Source of the DNA: Lingula anatina | Taxonomy: Eukaryota > Animalia > Brachiopoda | NCBI GenBank assembly: GCA_051362555.1 | Contig: CM120646.1 | Location: 16,492,001 to 16,556,000, forward strand | Reading direction: 5' to 3' | DNA: 64,000 nt | In this document: positions 12,538-25,467 of the stretch, piece after piece | How positions within the stretch are numbered: position 1 is the stretch's first letter | Layout of the letters: each line of letters opens with the position of its first letter | Position numbers and translations under genes: made by a program | The notes under the pieces: model-generated | The model's input: the letters and a program-made list of their open reading frames with translations, nothing else | Told to the model about the DNA's origin: nothing | Databases searched by the model: none

Positions 12538-13994
12538 AAAGCTATTTTAATAAGTAAGAATATTACTAATTTCGTTCTTAAGTTTTGTTAATCACCAATA
12601 ACCGTTTAGATAAAACGTTAAGCATTAGGTACGAAGAATTAAAATACTGCCGGTTAAATTGGCCTATTAATGTACAGGAATTCTAAAATAAAGTTTGGTT
12701 TAATATTTTATAACTGAAGAGTGCTATCTTTCATGATTGAGGGAAAAGGATGGGGCTTCAAGTATTTTATAAGGCATCCTTTTTGCACTGCTGAAGAGAC
12801 AGTGTATTTCAATGCAACTAAGAAAATTTTGTGAAAAAATTCACCTAAAGGAGAAACAGCAAAGGAAGTTCATGCAATTTTAATATCTAACGGTATTTAC
12901 ATTTCGAAAATGGACTTCAGGTTAAAAATCTTAAACCTCCAATCACTGTCATGATTTCTGTGCATACTGCTATTGTAACATATAACCTTATTGATTTCGT
13001 GTTAGGCGACATTGCAAGGCTGTAGCTCGCGAAGAATAAATTGTACATTTTTTGCTTTTATTTTATTTATGACCTTCCTTGTAACTACTGCTCTAGAACA
13101 GACTGCGAATCAGACTTGTACACATTTATAATAGATATTAATTCGATATTGTTTAATTATTTTCAAAAGTGCAAGTAGGTCCTGGCATTATAATCTACGA
13201 GTATTCAAATTGTATGATGTTTAAAAAAGAGCGTACTGAATATTATTTGTCACCCAGTAAAGTGCCTTTCAAATCTTTGCACATTGTGAAGGTCCGCACG
13301 CGTCTTGTATGTGCTCATTTATCCCAAAGGAACAAGACATTTCATCGCATCGCATGTAATTGACATATTTTTTATCGCAATCATATTTTTCTTCGACAGC
13401 TGGTAACTTTTAGTATACAAAAATATCACAAAGGAGAAATATGCATTTACATTGAAAGGCCATGAGAAAATGCAGATTTTACGCATTGAGTCAGGGTATT
13501 CTTATTTTTGTGTTTATAGTAACAAAGCGTCATCTTTCAAATTATACATGTTCAGTTTACATAAATGTCGTAATTCTTGATTGTTTGCCTAAATATGGTT
13601 TATTCCCATCGGGTACTCTATACAGAAATTAGCCGAATTCCAAAAACCAGGCAAAATATGAAATAAGCTCTCTCATACAAAAAAGCACCCTAAGCCTCTT
13701 GAGAAATCCCCGCCGCCTCTAAAATATACTTAGTTCTTTTGCTTGGTAACCAAGTATCCAATCAACAGATCCCTCTGTTAGACCAATCAACATTTTCGTT
13801 ATAAAATGTTGTCCTACTGTGTGGGAGTGACATTCCCTTTTTATTTGGCCTGAGTATTCAAAGAACAGGACAGAAGCATTTCCCCCGGATCGAAGTTTCC
13901 AAACTTTGATAATGTACAGTCAAACACAGATAAATATTATATTATTCTTCAAGTGTAATCCTACACAAGGTAATGTCCTTATTAGATGGTATAA

Positions 13995-14322
13995 ATTGCT
14001 CCCACATACCCACCGCTATCGTGTACACTCTAGTATCACCCAAAATATCATATACACATTTTTAGTTTTGTAAAAAAAAAAAAAACAAAAAAATAGACCG
14101 AAAAAACGCACGTAGGATTACCAATTTGTGTTTCTATTTATATATATTCTATACATATATTGCTCCCACATAACCATCGTTATCGTGGATGCTCTAGAAT
14201 CATCAAGAATATTATATTCACGTTTTTAGTTTTGTAAAAAAAAAAAAGAGAGAGATAATAGACAGAAAATATGTACGTAAGATCACAAGCGTGTTCTTCC
14301 ACATATTCTATATATTCTATAC
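13995..14322 (+). repeat. Diverged tandem duplication, 2 x about 164 bp
   Basis: attgctcccacata...ctctag...tttttagttttgtaaaaaaaa...atatattctatac starts at both 13995 and 14159. Confidence 0.85.
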
Positions 14323-15684
14323 GACTGTGATATAAAAATGAAAAGCACCCGGAGAAGGGGAATATTTGTGGAACTATTTTTTCCATGTGCAGCTTGTGCG
14401 CCATTTAGAAAAGAAAGAGGAAAGCAGATATTTGAAAGTGGTGTATATTTTGTAAAAAGTATAGAATTTGGCTTTAAAGCTTTATTTCCACACATTTTTT
14501 GAGTGTACCCTACGATTACAGATAGACTTACTTGAAAATAACAAGAAAGGGAAAGCACTATTACCTTATGAAAGAATTGGCTTAGCAGGTCACCCCGCTA
14601 CCAGAAGACATGTTTGTGTCATAAGGCAGAGGGAGGGAGAATTATTGATTAATTATTATTTTCAACGTTGTTCCGTTAATTCTTGATGTCAAAATCATCT
14701 AATTCATTCGCTTGAACATCATAATCCAAACACGTATTTCTCATAATATTTGTATAAATATATTTGTCTCCATATTTTCACATTACTATTTTTCGCCATT
14801 ATATGTATCCACTCGAACTACTGTTACTTCCCTTTCAACCAAAGAAGTTAAAACTTTTTGATATTTAAGTCAGTAAATGTTATCAATTGCAAAGAGCGGT
14901 TCATTATAAAAATAATTCGCCACCTATGCTTTAAAATGAATCTAACTTCCTTCACAAGTTTCATAAAAGAAATTTCGCTAGACTTCACGCAGCCCATAAC
15001 ATGTGAACAATTTTCCCTTTACACGTTGAGATTTACTTCTTAGAGAGATAGTCTCGATGCAGATGTACATTCATCTTGGTTGGGAAATAATTTAGTATTC
15101 TCTGCAACCCTCATAAACATTTTATTTCATGCTTTCCTTTGAGGTTATTGCTGTTCTTTATTTCTTAAGAATATGTCACTCATCGCCCATTTCCCGCGCA
15201 CATGGCCTAGCTCTAGCTCTGTTTATCGCCCTCGTCATATTATACGCAATTCTTTTCATGTGTTTTCTATGCCCTAATTAAACGGAGCAGTTTGCTGAGT
15301 TTGAAACAAAGCAACTCTGATCCCTTGCACTATTTTCAGTGTTTGCTCACCGTCAAATTGTTAACATCTAACTCCCAGGTTACCATAAGACGGAATAACT
15401 TTATTTTTTCTAAACTAAAAAAAGCCAAGCTAAGATTATATGCACTGATATAAGTTTCAAATAAAAAATATAGCAGGACTTTCCTCATTTAAATGTATAA
15501 AACTAGCCGTTAAGGTGATCGTTAATACTATGATCTAAATTTAAGAAATGCTGATGACAAAATCTACTTGAAATTTTCTCTTAGTGGTTCACTAAACAAA
15601 AAAAAAAAAAAATAAAAGAAAAGAATAAAAAAAAGAAAGAAAAGAAATACCAGCCTGCCAAACAGAGGGAATAATTAAAATAAT

Positions 15685-16050
15685 AATAGCATACAAAGAG
15701 CGGAGATCAACAAAATAGTATAAATGAGTAAGCCGTGTATATTATTATTATCATATCGTTATTTTTTTCTATCTGTACAAAAAAAGCTAAAATGTGTTCA
15801 ACATTCAATATATTGGAACAAAATAGGAGACGCACCTAACACCTGGTCACGAGCAGTCAACACACTGAGATAGCAGGAAGTTTTGGGGACATGTTCTCTA
15901 ACAAAACATATAAGCCGGACTTCAAGTACTACATTATTGCAAAATATAAATATATTGGCATCACGTCCATTTGAAGACACCGATGTCACTCATCTTGATT
16001 CAAATAAGAATCAGATGCTTTGAAGTATCTTACGGTAAATGTGTAAGGTT
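15685..16050 (+). mobile_element. Possible decayed Penelope-like GIY-YIG endonuclease fragment
   Basis: Reading across frameshifts gives IVIFFY...NIQYIG-(fs)-QNRRR...QH...GDMFSNKTYKPDFKYYII, which resembles PLE EN (VIY..C..C..QYIG.T.R.L..R..EH...HF...H....F...II). Many stops. Confidence 0.3.
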
Positions 16051-16199
16051 ATTCTAAAGCACATAATTGCTTTGGAGACATTTCCTGTGTTTATACGTTT
16101 TATGTTCACCTATATATTTCACTGTACCAAAGAGAAAGTTGATAAATAAACGCGTTTTTATATCTCCTTACCCGTGTAATGGATGTATTCATCTCACGT

Positions 16200-16203
<4 letters not shown>

Positions 16204-16268
<65 letters not shown>
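16204..16268. repeat. (TA)n microsatellite
   Basis: Read directly from the sequence. Confidence 0.95.
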
Positions 16269-16270
<2 letters not shown>

Positions 16271-16776
16271 TTTTTAATATTCAATGTGTATTTGTGATAC
16301 GTTTTTACTAATCAGATTATTTCAGTCTTGTACATTATCAATGAAACCTAATTAAATTTTGCTTCACATGTTCTCTCTTTTTTGATATTTTATTGATTTG
16401 TATGTCTTATTCTCATCAGCTATTCATTGTGTATTTGTTAAACATTCCTCATATCAAAATATTTCCTTTCACATAAATATTTCAGTTCAGTTTCTGCCTT
16501 TTTTATTGCTTCATGATCAATTAATATTAAATCAATATTTACTCAATGTAGAAATAAAAAGTTATTTCACATTATATAATATGTGTATATGCCACATTGG
16601 AATTGAACATGGATTCATTGAGATCTGTATAAACTTGAATTTAATTTTTATCTAAAAGATAGTGCAAATTTTCTCATGTGATTAATTAGTAATATGTGTT
16701 GAAATTATATAACTTCCATCAATAGGGAAAACACTAAAAAAGTGTGATATACTAACGTTTACTTTTTTGTTTGCAG

Positions 16777-16827
16777 ATGGTACAGCAGTTGACAGGGCAG
16801 AAAAAAGGAGACGTGAAAAAGATACTG
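16777..16827 (+). other. Orphan 51-nt exon candidate
   Basis: Perfect TACTAAC branch point (16750-16756), polypyrimidine tract plus TTGCAG acceptor, and CTG|GTGAGT donor. Length is divisible by 3 and two frames are open. Confidence 0.55.
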
Positions 16828-18538
16828 GTGAGTAAAATGTAGGCGTCACTTAAAAGCAACTACCCGGCGTGACCTAAATATTCTTCCCTAGGTGTTAGCT
16901 AGTCCAAAAGAGCACCGAACTCCTATTCATCAAAAACTGATTTCACGTGAGTTTAAATATGTCACATTTAGCAACTCGACCATGCTGCATTGAAATAAGC
17001 TGAAGCGTGATCATGAAAAAAGTTTTACAAAATAATACTAATAATAAATGCATTAATGTACACGTAGGAGAATCAGTGGTGGTAACATAACCAACAACAT
17101 TTTCAAATTGTTTATTCAATATTTTGTACATTAGACAAAGCTAGTCATATGAACACTGAAGTTTGCAGCGTCTGAAAACCAACTTGTAACTTGAGGGTCA
17201 TGTATTTGCCACATCTTAAGTAAAATCGGTAGACAAATCACAAGACGTTTTTTACAATAGTCGGAATAATTTATTTGAACTCTAGAGGTAAGCCCAAGAA
17301 ATATAAAAAAGACTGGGAACTTAATATGGTTTGTCTGGTTTAGCTTTGGCTTGGAAACACTCGGCATAGGTAACCAATAGAGTGCTTGGTGACATACAAG
17401 AAACATAGCGTTGAGCTTTTGTACTTAAACTAAACTAACATGCAATCCAATTAGACGATAAAAAAGACTATATGCTAAAATGAAAGCATAACATATATGT
17501 TTGACGCACATTAAACTACATGCTTGAGGATTGTTTTTTATTTCGCAACAGCACAGACTAAACAATGAATCTTTACTGTTTGTTTTTTGAAACTATATTT
17601 ATATGTGACAAATGACAAACGTTCTTTAATTGAAAATGTTATTTTATGTAGATGCAAAGCTAAAACAGACCGGCTATGTTAAAATTTATAAAATCTACTC
17701 GCAGAAATATAGGACAAATAATGTTTAATTCGAACCTTTCCTTTGGATTTGCTTGGCGGCAAAATGATGTCAACTTCCAGGCAGCATTGGGCACTTGTGA
17801 ATGAGGGTGTGACAGCAAACCTGCAAAATGTTATTTGATTCACGTCAGTATAAAACATTCTATTTCCCGCCATTCCCTTGTACACCACGTCTCTTGTTTC
17901 AGCCTGAGTGTTAACAGGCGTGTTTTTTGGGCGGGAAACATGTCCAATGGCGTGCTGTCTTTTGATGAGTTCTGAAATTTAATTTCTGTACATGCATTTA
18001 ACGCGACAACAGAAAAATACTACCAACGGCTTGATATAGTGACTTTATAAAATTTCTGAAAAAATACACTGTGCGTACTTGTTAAAGATTTTCCCACGTA
18101 AACACAATTTAAACACAGCGGTTAAAGTGCTCATCTTATTTCATCACCTTGTATTACAATTGCTTTTTATCCCAAATAAACGCTGTGATGTCTATCCGGC
18201 GATATGATCAGGCTTGTAAGATACCAAGCCAAAGGAAACTCCGACGAAACAAAAATTACGCGCCATTACTCCTCTGGCAAATAATACGTTACCAGTGGCT
18301 CCATATTGCCCGAATATGGCCGCAAGGGAGAATTGCACATTACTGAGAATGGTTAAACAGGACATAGGTCAGGCTCTAAAAAAGACGATTGCTACTCGTA
18401 AGGCATATCCGCCACGTAGCAACAGTAACGTTCGTTGATATTTTTCGCAAAAATTAGCTGGGGTATACCTGAAATATAGCGCAGTCCTTTGCTGTATAGA
18501 AAAGTGTCTCGTTCCCTCGCCGACTGCGTGCTCTCAGT

Positions 18539-18618
18539 CGCCATCTTGAGGTTGAAGTGGACTGGACTTTGAAAAATAAACCTCATCCGGGGCGAAAGGA
18601 GGAGATCAGTGACGTCAC
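18539..18618 (-). promoter_or_regulatory. CpG-rich promoter-like segment: YY1-type CAAGATGGCG and palindromic CRE GTGACGTCAC
   Basis: CGCCATCTTG at 18539-18548 and GTGACGTCAC at 18609-18618. It may be a transposon-internal promoter. Confidence 0.4.
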
Positions 18619-21212
18619 GGACCGGTTCTAGGTCATCAGTAGCGAGGTTTTTTTACACGATAGGTCTGTTTTGTCAGGTGTTTTCACGACCCTCTTCATG
18701 TAGGTGTTCGTAAAGGTACACAATGGCTCCCCATGCAAACTCATTTTATTTTATCAGCTGCCTATGAGGCACAGCGTCACGTGCTTGAAAGCCGCGACCT
18801 GGTTTTAGGGCATAAGGTTACGCATAACATCAAATCTGAATTTCACTAGAAGAAACGCTACTTTGTGCATAATTAAGCAGAAAAAATAATAGGAGCATCC
18901 TATTGTTCTAATGGAACCCAAACATTGTTGTGCACACGTAGTGGGAATGCTTAATCAATGCTTTGCGTTGCTGTGTATGTGATTACAAGGAAAATAGACT
19001 TCTGTGTTCATGCTGCATACATTAACCCTCAGCCCATTATGTCGACTGTATGGTGAATGCACCATAGTAGCGAGCAAAGGGCAGCATCCGCCGACATGGA
19101 TTGATAGGCTTCCAAACACTGCCTCAAGCTGCAGACTAGGCATGCTTTGTACTGATAGAATATCGGGTCATACGTACTTCCCTCAAAATATTACGTATGC
19201 ATGTATACGAGCAAATCAAAAACTAATTTTATAATTCTTTTCTTGGATTTCCAATATGCTTCGTTTCACTGTTTTTCAAATGAACTCCATTTGGTGTTTC
19301 CAGTGGTACATCTAAACACCTGGTCACAAAAATAAGAGTCTTTTTTGTGATTCACACAGATAATGGTTTGGGTAAACTATTTAATTACCATAAGGATGTG
19401 TTTGGACATAGAAATGTTTGATTATGCTTATTTGAAATTAACACAGCCTTGGGTAAATTTTATACCAATGTGCTGTGTGCTCATATATTAGTACACTAGC
19501 AGGTCACGTATAATTTGCATATATATCTTTTCATGTTATATTCTAATAGATTGGTTTTTTTAGACTACATACCCTTTGCAGTGGCTTAAGAGGCAATCGA
19601 CACAGAAAAACAAAAAAAAATGTGGAAGGGTTATTTACATTTAAAGGAACCAATGCCGAATAAATTTCACCCCCACAAGAGACTACTGTAGACAAGATGG
19701 CCGCCTATGATGGCTATACTAATCTTTGAAAGTAGTAACGAGATAGATATATTACAGCATGGAAGGCAATTAACATACAAAATATCTGGATACATGCCAC
19801 AAAAGTGTTTTAACCCACGGTTGTGATATGACTGTCAATATTTCCCCACCCTACTCAAATGGCATTTCCACATTTTGTACAACAAAGGTATACTGTATTT
19901 TTGGAAACTTCACACGCCAGGCCTATTGTACCAAGTTTGATAAAGATATTGTTAATCATAGAATATGGTATGTTTGTATTTATAGCTCTCTATTATACTA
20001 AGGACTCCATATTTTTCACACCATGAAGTATGTATATTCCATAGAGAAGTTAACATGCTGTAACTGACTAAACCACTAAATGTTGTCTGCTGTTGTGAAC
20101 ACCATATTTGTAACTGAATTTTTGAATGTTTCTGATTATCCTCTTCCCAGTTGTATTAGGCATTTCTTCTACATGTACATGCACGATAGTAAGGCACAAA
20201 GGAGAATATTTCATGATAATCCCTAGCTGTGCCGTAGATGATATAGGGAAAATATCGACATAATTGCAGTTAACATGCCCTATGGAACCAACACAGATAA
20301 CAGTAGAAATCTACCTCTGCTCATGACCCATATCTTTAAGCTTCGTATTTAAACGTTTTATGAAACGAATGTTACCATATAAGACTTGGAAGTAGTCAAT
20401 CGAATTCTATGAAAACATGATTATGTAATGTATATTCACATAGTATGAGTGTCTTTCGATTCCTCCTACTTACAATCAAACAGAAAGTTGAAATATAATA
20501 TTACAATTGGTACATTCATTTGTCTTTTTAATTTTCAGTATACTTTTATCCATTCATTTATGCAGCATTTGATAGATTTAAAATAATGTTTGGTTGAGTT
20601 TAAAATTTTCATAACACCAGCTTATTTTAACAAGTAAGCGGTAGCAACATTACACGACTCCTCTTATATTTTTCCTTGCTTCTTTTATAAAACAGAATTT
20701 TTATCCAAACTTTATTCTTAATGGTGACGACCTGTTTTTATCAGATAAGCTTTTCTAGTATTATACACATGATAGCATCTACTTTGGGTGTGTTGCGAGA
20801 TTTGTCTTTTCAGTTTGAAGCGTAAATTTGTATATATTGTATTGTATATTCAGACGCAAAATATGCGTGTGTTTGTGGGTTTGCGTGAAGGGAGTCTTTT
20901 GATGAAAAAAGTGCATACACACAACCTATTGGTTTCCAGTTGGCTTAAAAAGCCTTTATAAAAAATATACCGGTCTAGATACCAAAATATGGGTACATAA
21001 TGAAATAGCTATGGCAGAATGTCTGCTCTTTGCAGGAGCCACACTAATAAAAATACGACTCTGTTGAATTTTGAGTTTGAGAAAAGATCAAATAAATAGT
21101 TTTGGTACATATGACAGCCGGAGCTCGTTTTCAGTTTATATTCATTTGCTATTTTCTTTTTCTTCACTTATGGTATGTTTAAAACTGATAGTAAATCCAT
21201 GCATTTTTAATT

Positions 21213-21217
<5 letters not shown>

Positions 21218-21299
<82 letters not shown>

Positions 21300-21304
21300 T
21301 TTTT
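21218..21304. repeat. (TA)n followed by poly(T)
   Basis: Read directly from the sequence. Confidence 0.95.
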
Positions 21305-21514
21305 GTGTAAAAATGTTTAGATATTTTTTGTTTCATAATTTTTAACATATATATATCTTTATCGTAATAAGGCAGCATTCATTCAATATAACGTTGAAGA
21401 AACAATCTTTCAAAATTTTGACAAATTATAAAAAAAACTTGGATGTATGCCATAAAGCAAATTGCACTTATTGTGTTTGGTTTCATATCTTTCCTAACTC
21501 TCACTTCGTTTTTT

Positions 21515-21545
<31 letters not shown>

Positions 21546-24500
21546 TTTTTTACATATTCACCAGACTATTATCCGGTATATCTAAGAAATAATAAGACTG
21601 CAGTACTGTAAAAATATTCAAATTATGGTTGGATGCTATTTGCCACTGTGTTATGTGAGTGTTGTAAACACTCGACCAAAAAAGTTGGGAAACATCGTTA
21701 TTTTGAATAATTATAAAATAACCATATGAGCTGAAGTGACTATTTTTACCAAATATTGATGAATCATGCACGTTACTTTTTGAAATGTTTGTAAGGAAAG
21801 GAACTCTGTGGGAATTATAGCGACATAGATGAATGTAGGGTCAAATTTCATTTTCACAATTCATGCAAATGGATTGACAAAGTTCGAGTAAGTCTTGATA
21901 ATAAAAAGTGGAGGCTTCACACGATACTTATGCTGAGCAACATGAATACTCTTTTTTAACTATAGCCTACATACCGTGTGCTTAAAATAAATATCTATAC
22001 TTTTTAGTGTTATAATTTTATAATTATTCATAATGACTATAGTTCCGAACTCTGCCATAGCAGAGATAGCAGCCCTGTCTTCTTAAAATTTAACCTTTGT
22101 TTTCTTCCTCACATATAGAATTGGTACAGTTCTTTAAATGTAAATCAAATGAAACAATATACAAAACTTTCTGCACTAAGTCCAGTTTAAAGGTCTTTTC
22201 TAGGCACATCGGCATATAATTTCTTCGAAAAATGTTGTTCAGTTTATAATTTGTCAAATTTTGTTCGTTTTAAAGATAAATTTGTAAACTAATTTTTTAA
22301 TATTAAACGTAATTCATTACTAGTGTTTTTATTTATTTCATTCTAATTAAATGATCAACTTATGGTGTAGTGATTAATGTATATGACGGATACTAAACTA
22401 ATTTTCTTGGGTGCAAATCTGTAAAGGAAGACACTACGGCGTTGTTATGTATTTTGCAAAGACAAAAGTACTCAAACAAAGTGCCAACTTATTAGCATAT
22501 ACCTACCTAGAATTTTTGCCAGTCCATATCTTTTTAATCGAAGTTAAGCTTTTTTTTTTACTTTATTCTTTAATCTCCTTTTTGTCACGTGATATGCGAG
22601 GAAAAGAGTAAACAACACTTGTCGCACGTCGAAGGAGTATGACATGTTTTCTTTCCTAGCCGCCCTTTTAATATGGCCTGCTTCTGTAAAAGTTTTTAAA
22701 CAAAAGTACGAAAGGGTACTTACTGCAAATGGACGTGGTAGATGCAGGTTGAAGACATATATTCTAAGAACGAACACTCTGTTATTTGTTCTCTGTTAGC
22801 CTGTCAAATGACAGAACAGAATTCTTTCCTCTTTCCAGACTTGCATACGGTGACATCTTAAAATTCAAATTTTAATTTTTATGCAAACCTTCCAGCGTGT
22901 ATTGGATACTACTTGGTAACATAGTAAAGCCAAAATGCAGTTTGTATATTGCATTGTGACGAAGCAGACAAGAAAACCAGATTTACATTGCAAATAGTGC
23001 GATGTTGCCAGTGCTCTTAACAAAGAAGCATTCTATTCACTTTTAGCAAAGAGTCACACACACCCCTTTTATTTTTAGGGGGAGGTGATTTGTCTGTAAG
23101 TAACATGATAAGACTAGATTAACTGACTCCATGAGGCTCAATTATTCTATAAAACGATGTACAATTGTTTTTAATAGTTATGTTCTAATACCAACTAAAG
23201 GAAATTTCTTTTTAAAAGCTTTATCAAAACGTAAGAGGGGAAAATGAATTAGAAAGAACATTTGAATATCATATGAAATTCATTATGATTCACCTGTTGC
23301 AAACTCACAGCATGTTGGTCACTGAAAATACCGTGACTGAATTAGTTACGTCACCGCTCATGGGAACCACGTGGTGACCCTTTGGTGACCCATCAGTCAC
23401 CATCCAAAGCCTTCTTGAGAGGAAGGCAATGTAACGATAAACATAGTGTGGACAGACATTATGAGTCTAAATGCAAGTACTTAGATTCCAGAAAGGATTT
23501 TTAATTTTTAATTCTTAAAAAGATATGTCGTTTTACACGCCTTTTCCCCTTTGGTACAAAAACTCTTGAATTGTGAAAAATTCTAAGAATGGTTTCGTCC
23601 AGTGGTCGTCAAATATTCTTTCGGGATTATTATTATTACAACTGTTAAGTGCCACCTGGTACCACACAGAAATGTAATTTATTCAAGAGACATGTTGGTG
23701 CATTTGTCCACATCTTAGCTGGCCGCAGGGATTTAGAAAAGGATGATTTTATTCTCCTGTATGTTTGGAATTATGAGTTAAACAGTGATGTAAAGAAAGA
23801 AATCCAGTATTTTACGTCATATAAGACATAACTTTTGTTAAGGTCCAAAGGAGGAAAACCAGATTTTTTAAGTTAGATAAATTGTCACTCTTGCGAAGAG
23901 AATGGTATAGCCACACCCACAACAAAACCATATGCACAGGAGGTTAACCTTACATTTAATTTGCTAATTATAAATTAGCAATCACTAATAATAAATCAAC
24001 GAACATTTAATTAGTTTACTTTGCGCAAAGGGGAATATTTTCCACCATGCTTTTCGTAACCACAATCACGCTATCTTTACATGGTAACACGCAGCTTCTA
24101 TACAGTTCAGGAGAACCTTAACCATGACTATCGGTTTCTATAGTTACTTGTGTTTCTTATGGTGCACTGTGTGTGTAAACTCTAACAACGAAATATTTTG
24201 GATTGTCTATATTGTGTAATTTGTATATAATCACAACCGAGAGTTTACTTGGTGGATTTCAGTTTCACTTTTGGCATATAAGTATCAATCTATCTAGATG
24301 TAGACATTAAAATAAAACTAATTGTCTATAGAAAATCATTTTATAGATCATGTTCTCTTCATAAATAAAACCGGTAATTCAAGTTTTGATAATTTTTTTT
24401 CGTAGAATTTGAGACAATACTGACTACACATTTTGAAATCTTTGTGTCTGTTGCTCGAAAAATTAAACGCTCAGAACAAATCCCGTCATTTAAAAAATCA

Positions 24501-25413
24501 CTCAATGAATTTTATATTTTAAACTGTAGGCAATTTAACACACAAACGAAACTGTCGACCAAAGTTTTCCATTACCATGCCAAATATAAAGTGTGAATAT
24601 TTAATCAGGACGTTTAACAACTAAAAATGCGAATTTGACATGTTAAAACGTGTGTGGATCCTAATGATAAAAAAAAGCAACATGTAAAGAATTTGCAAAC
24701 GCAATAATGAGTTGCATCGTGAACCCTTCTAATTCCTCACGGCTCATTTAGTGTTTTCAATGCAAAATGGCACATCCCAAATTGAAAAATGTGGAAGGCA
24801 AATCTTACAGTAAACCTTTCATTTTAACGGGATTTAACAGGATTTCTTTTATGCCTGGTTAAATTCTTGGCTACGTTATATTCTAGAATATTGTTATATC
24901 TAGTTTTGCTTTTTCCTTTTTAGATAAGGTGACTTTTATTTAATGTTAAGGTAAATATTTGAGAAATAAAATGTTAAGCTTGCGCTTTCCATAAAATCCA
25001 AAGCGTTCACTTTACAAATTTAAAAAACAACAATGCACGTTTTGAAAATTAGAACCAAATTAAATTGATTACCACAAAGAATCTTGTCGTCATTTATATG
25101 TTAAATATTGATTAAGCCAAGTGGACGTAGTTTGCAAAAGAGCACACCCTTTGCAAAGATGATGAAAAAAATGGATGAGAAAATAAAAAGGCAAAAAGGG
25201 AATATCAAATTTCTCGTGAATTCTTCTGATATTTAATAGCAATATATTCATTTTAATTCCCAATCTTCCATGGTAATTTTTTTATAAAAGCACTCTTACT
25301 CTTCCAAGAACTATTTTTCACACGATTTTTTTTTGTTTTCGTAACGACAGAAGATTCAGCAATGGGATGCACTACTTATTACATATGAATTGCACGTTGG
25401 CACATCATAATTG

Positions 25414-25414
<1 letters not shown>

Positions 25415-25463
<49 letters not shown>
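25415..25463. repeat. (TA)n microsatellite
   Basis: Read directly from the sequence. Confidence 0.95.
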
Positions 25464-25467
<4 letters not shown>

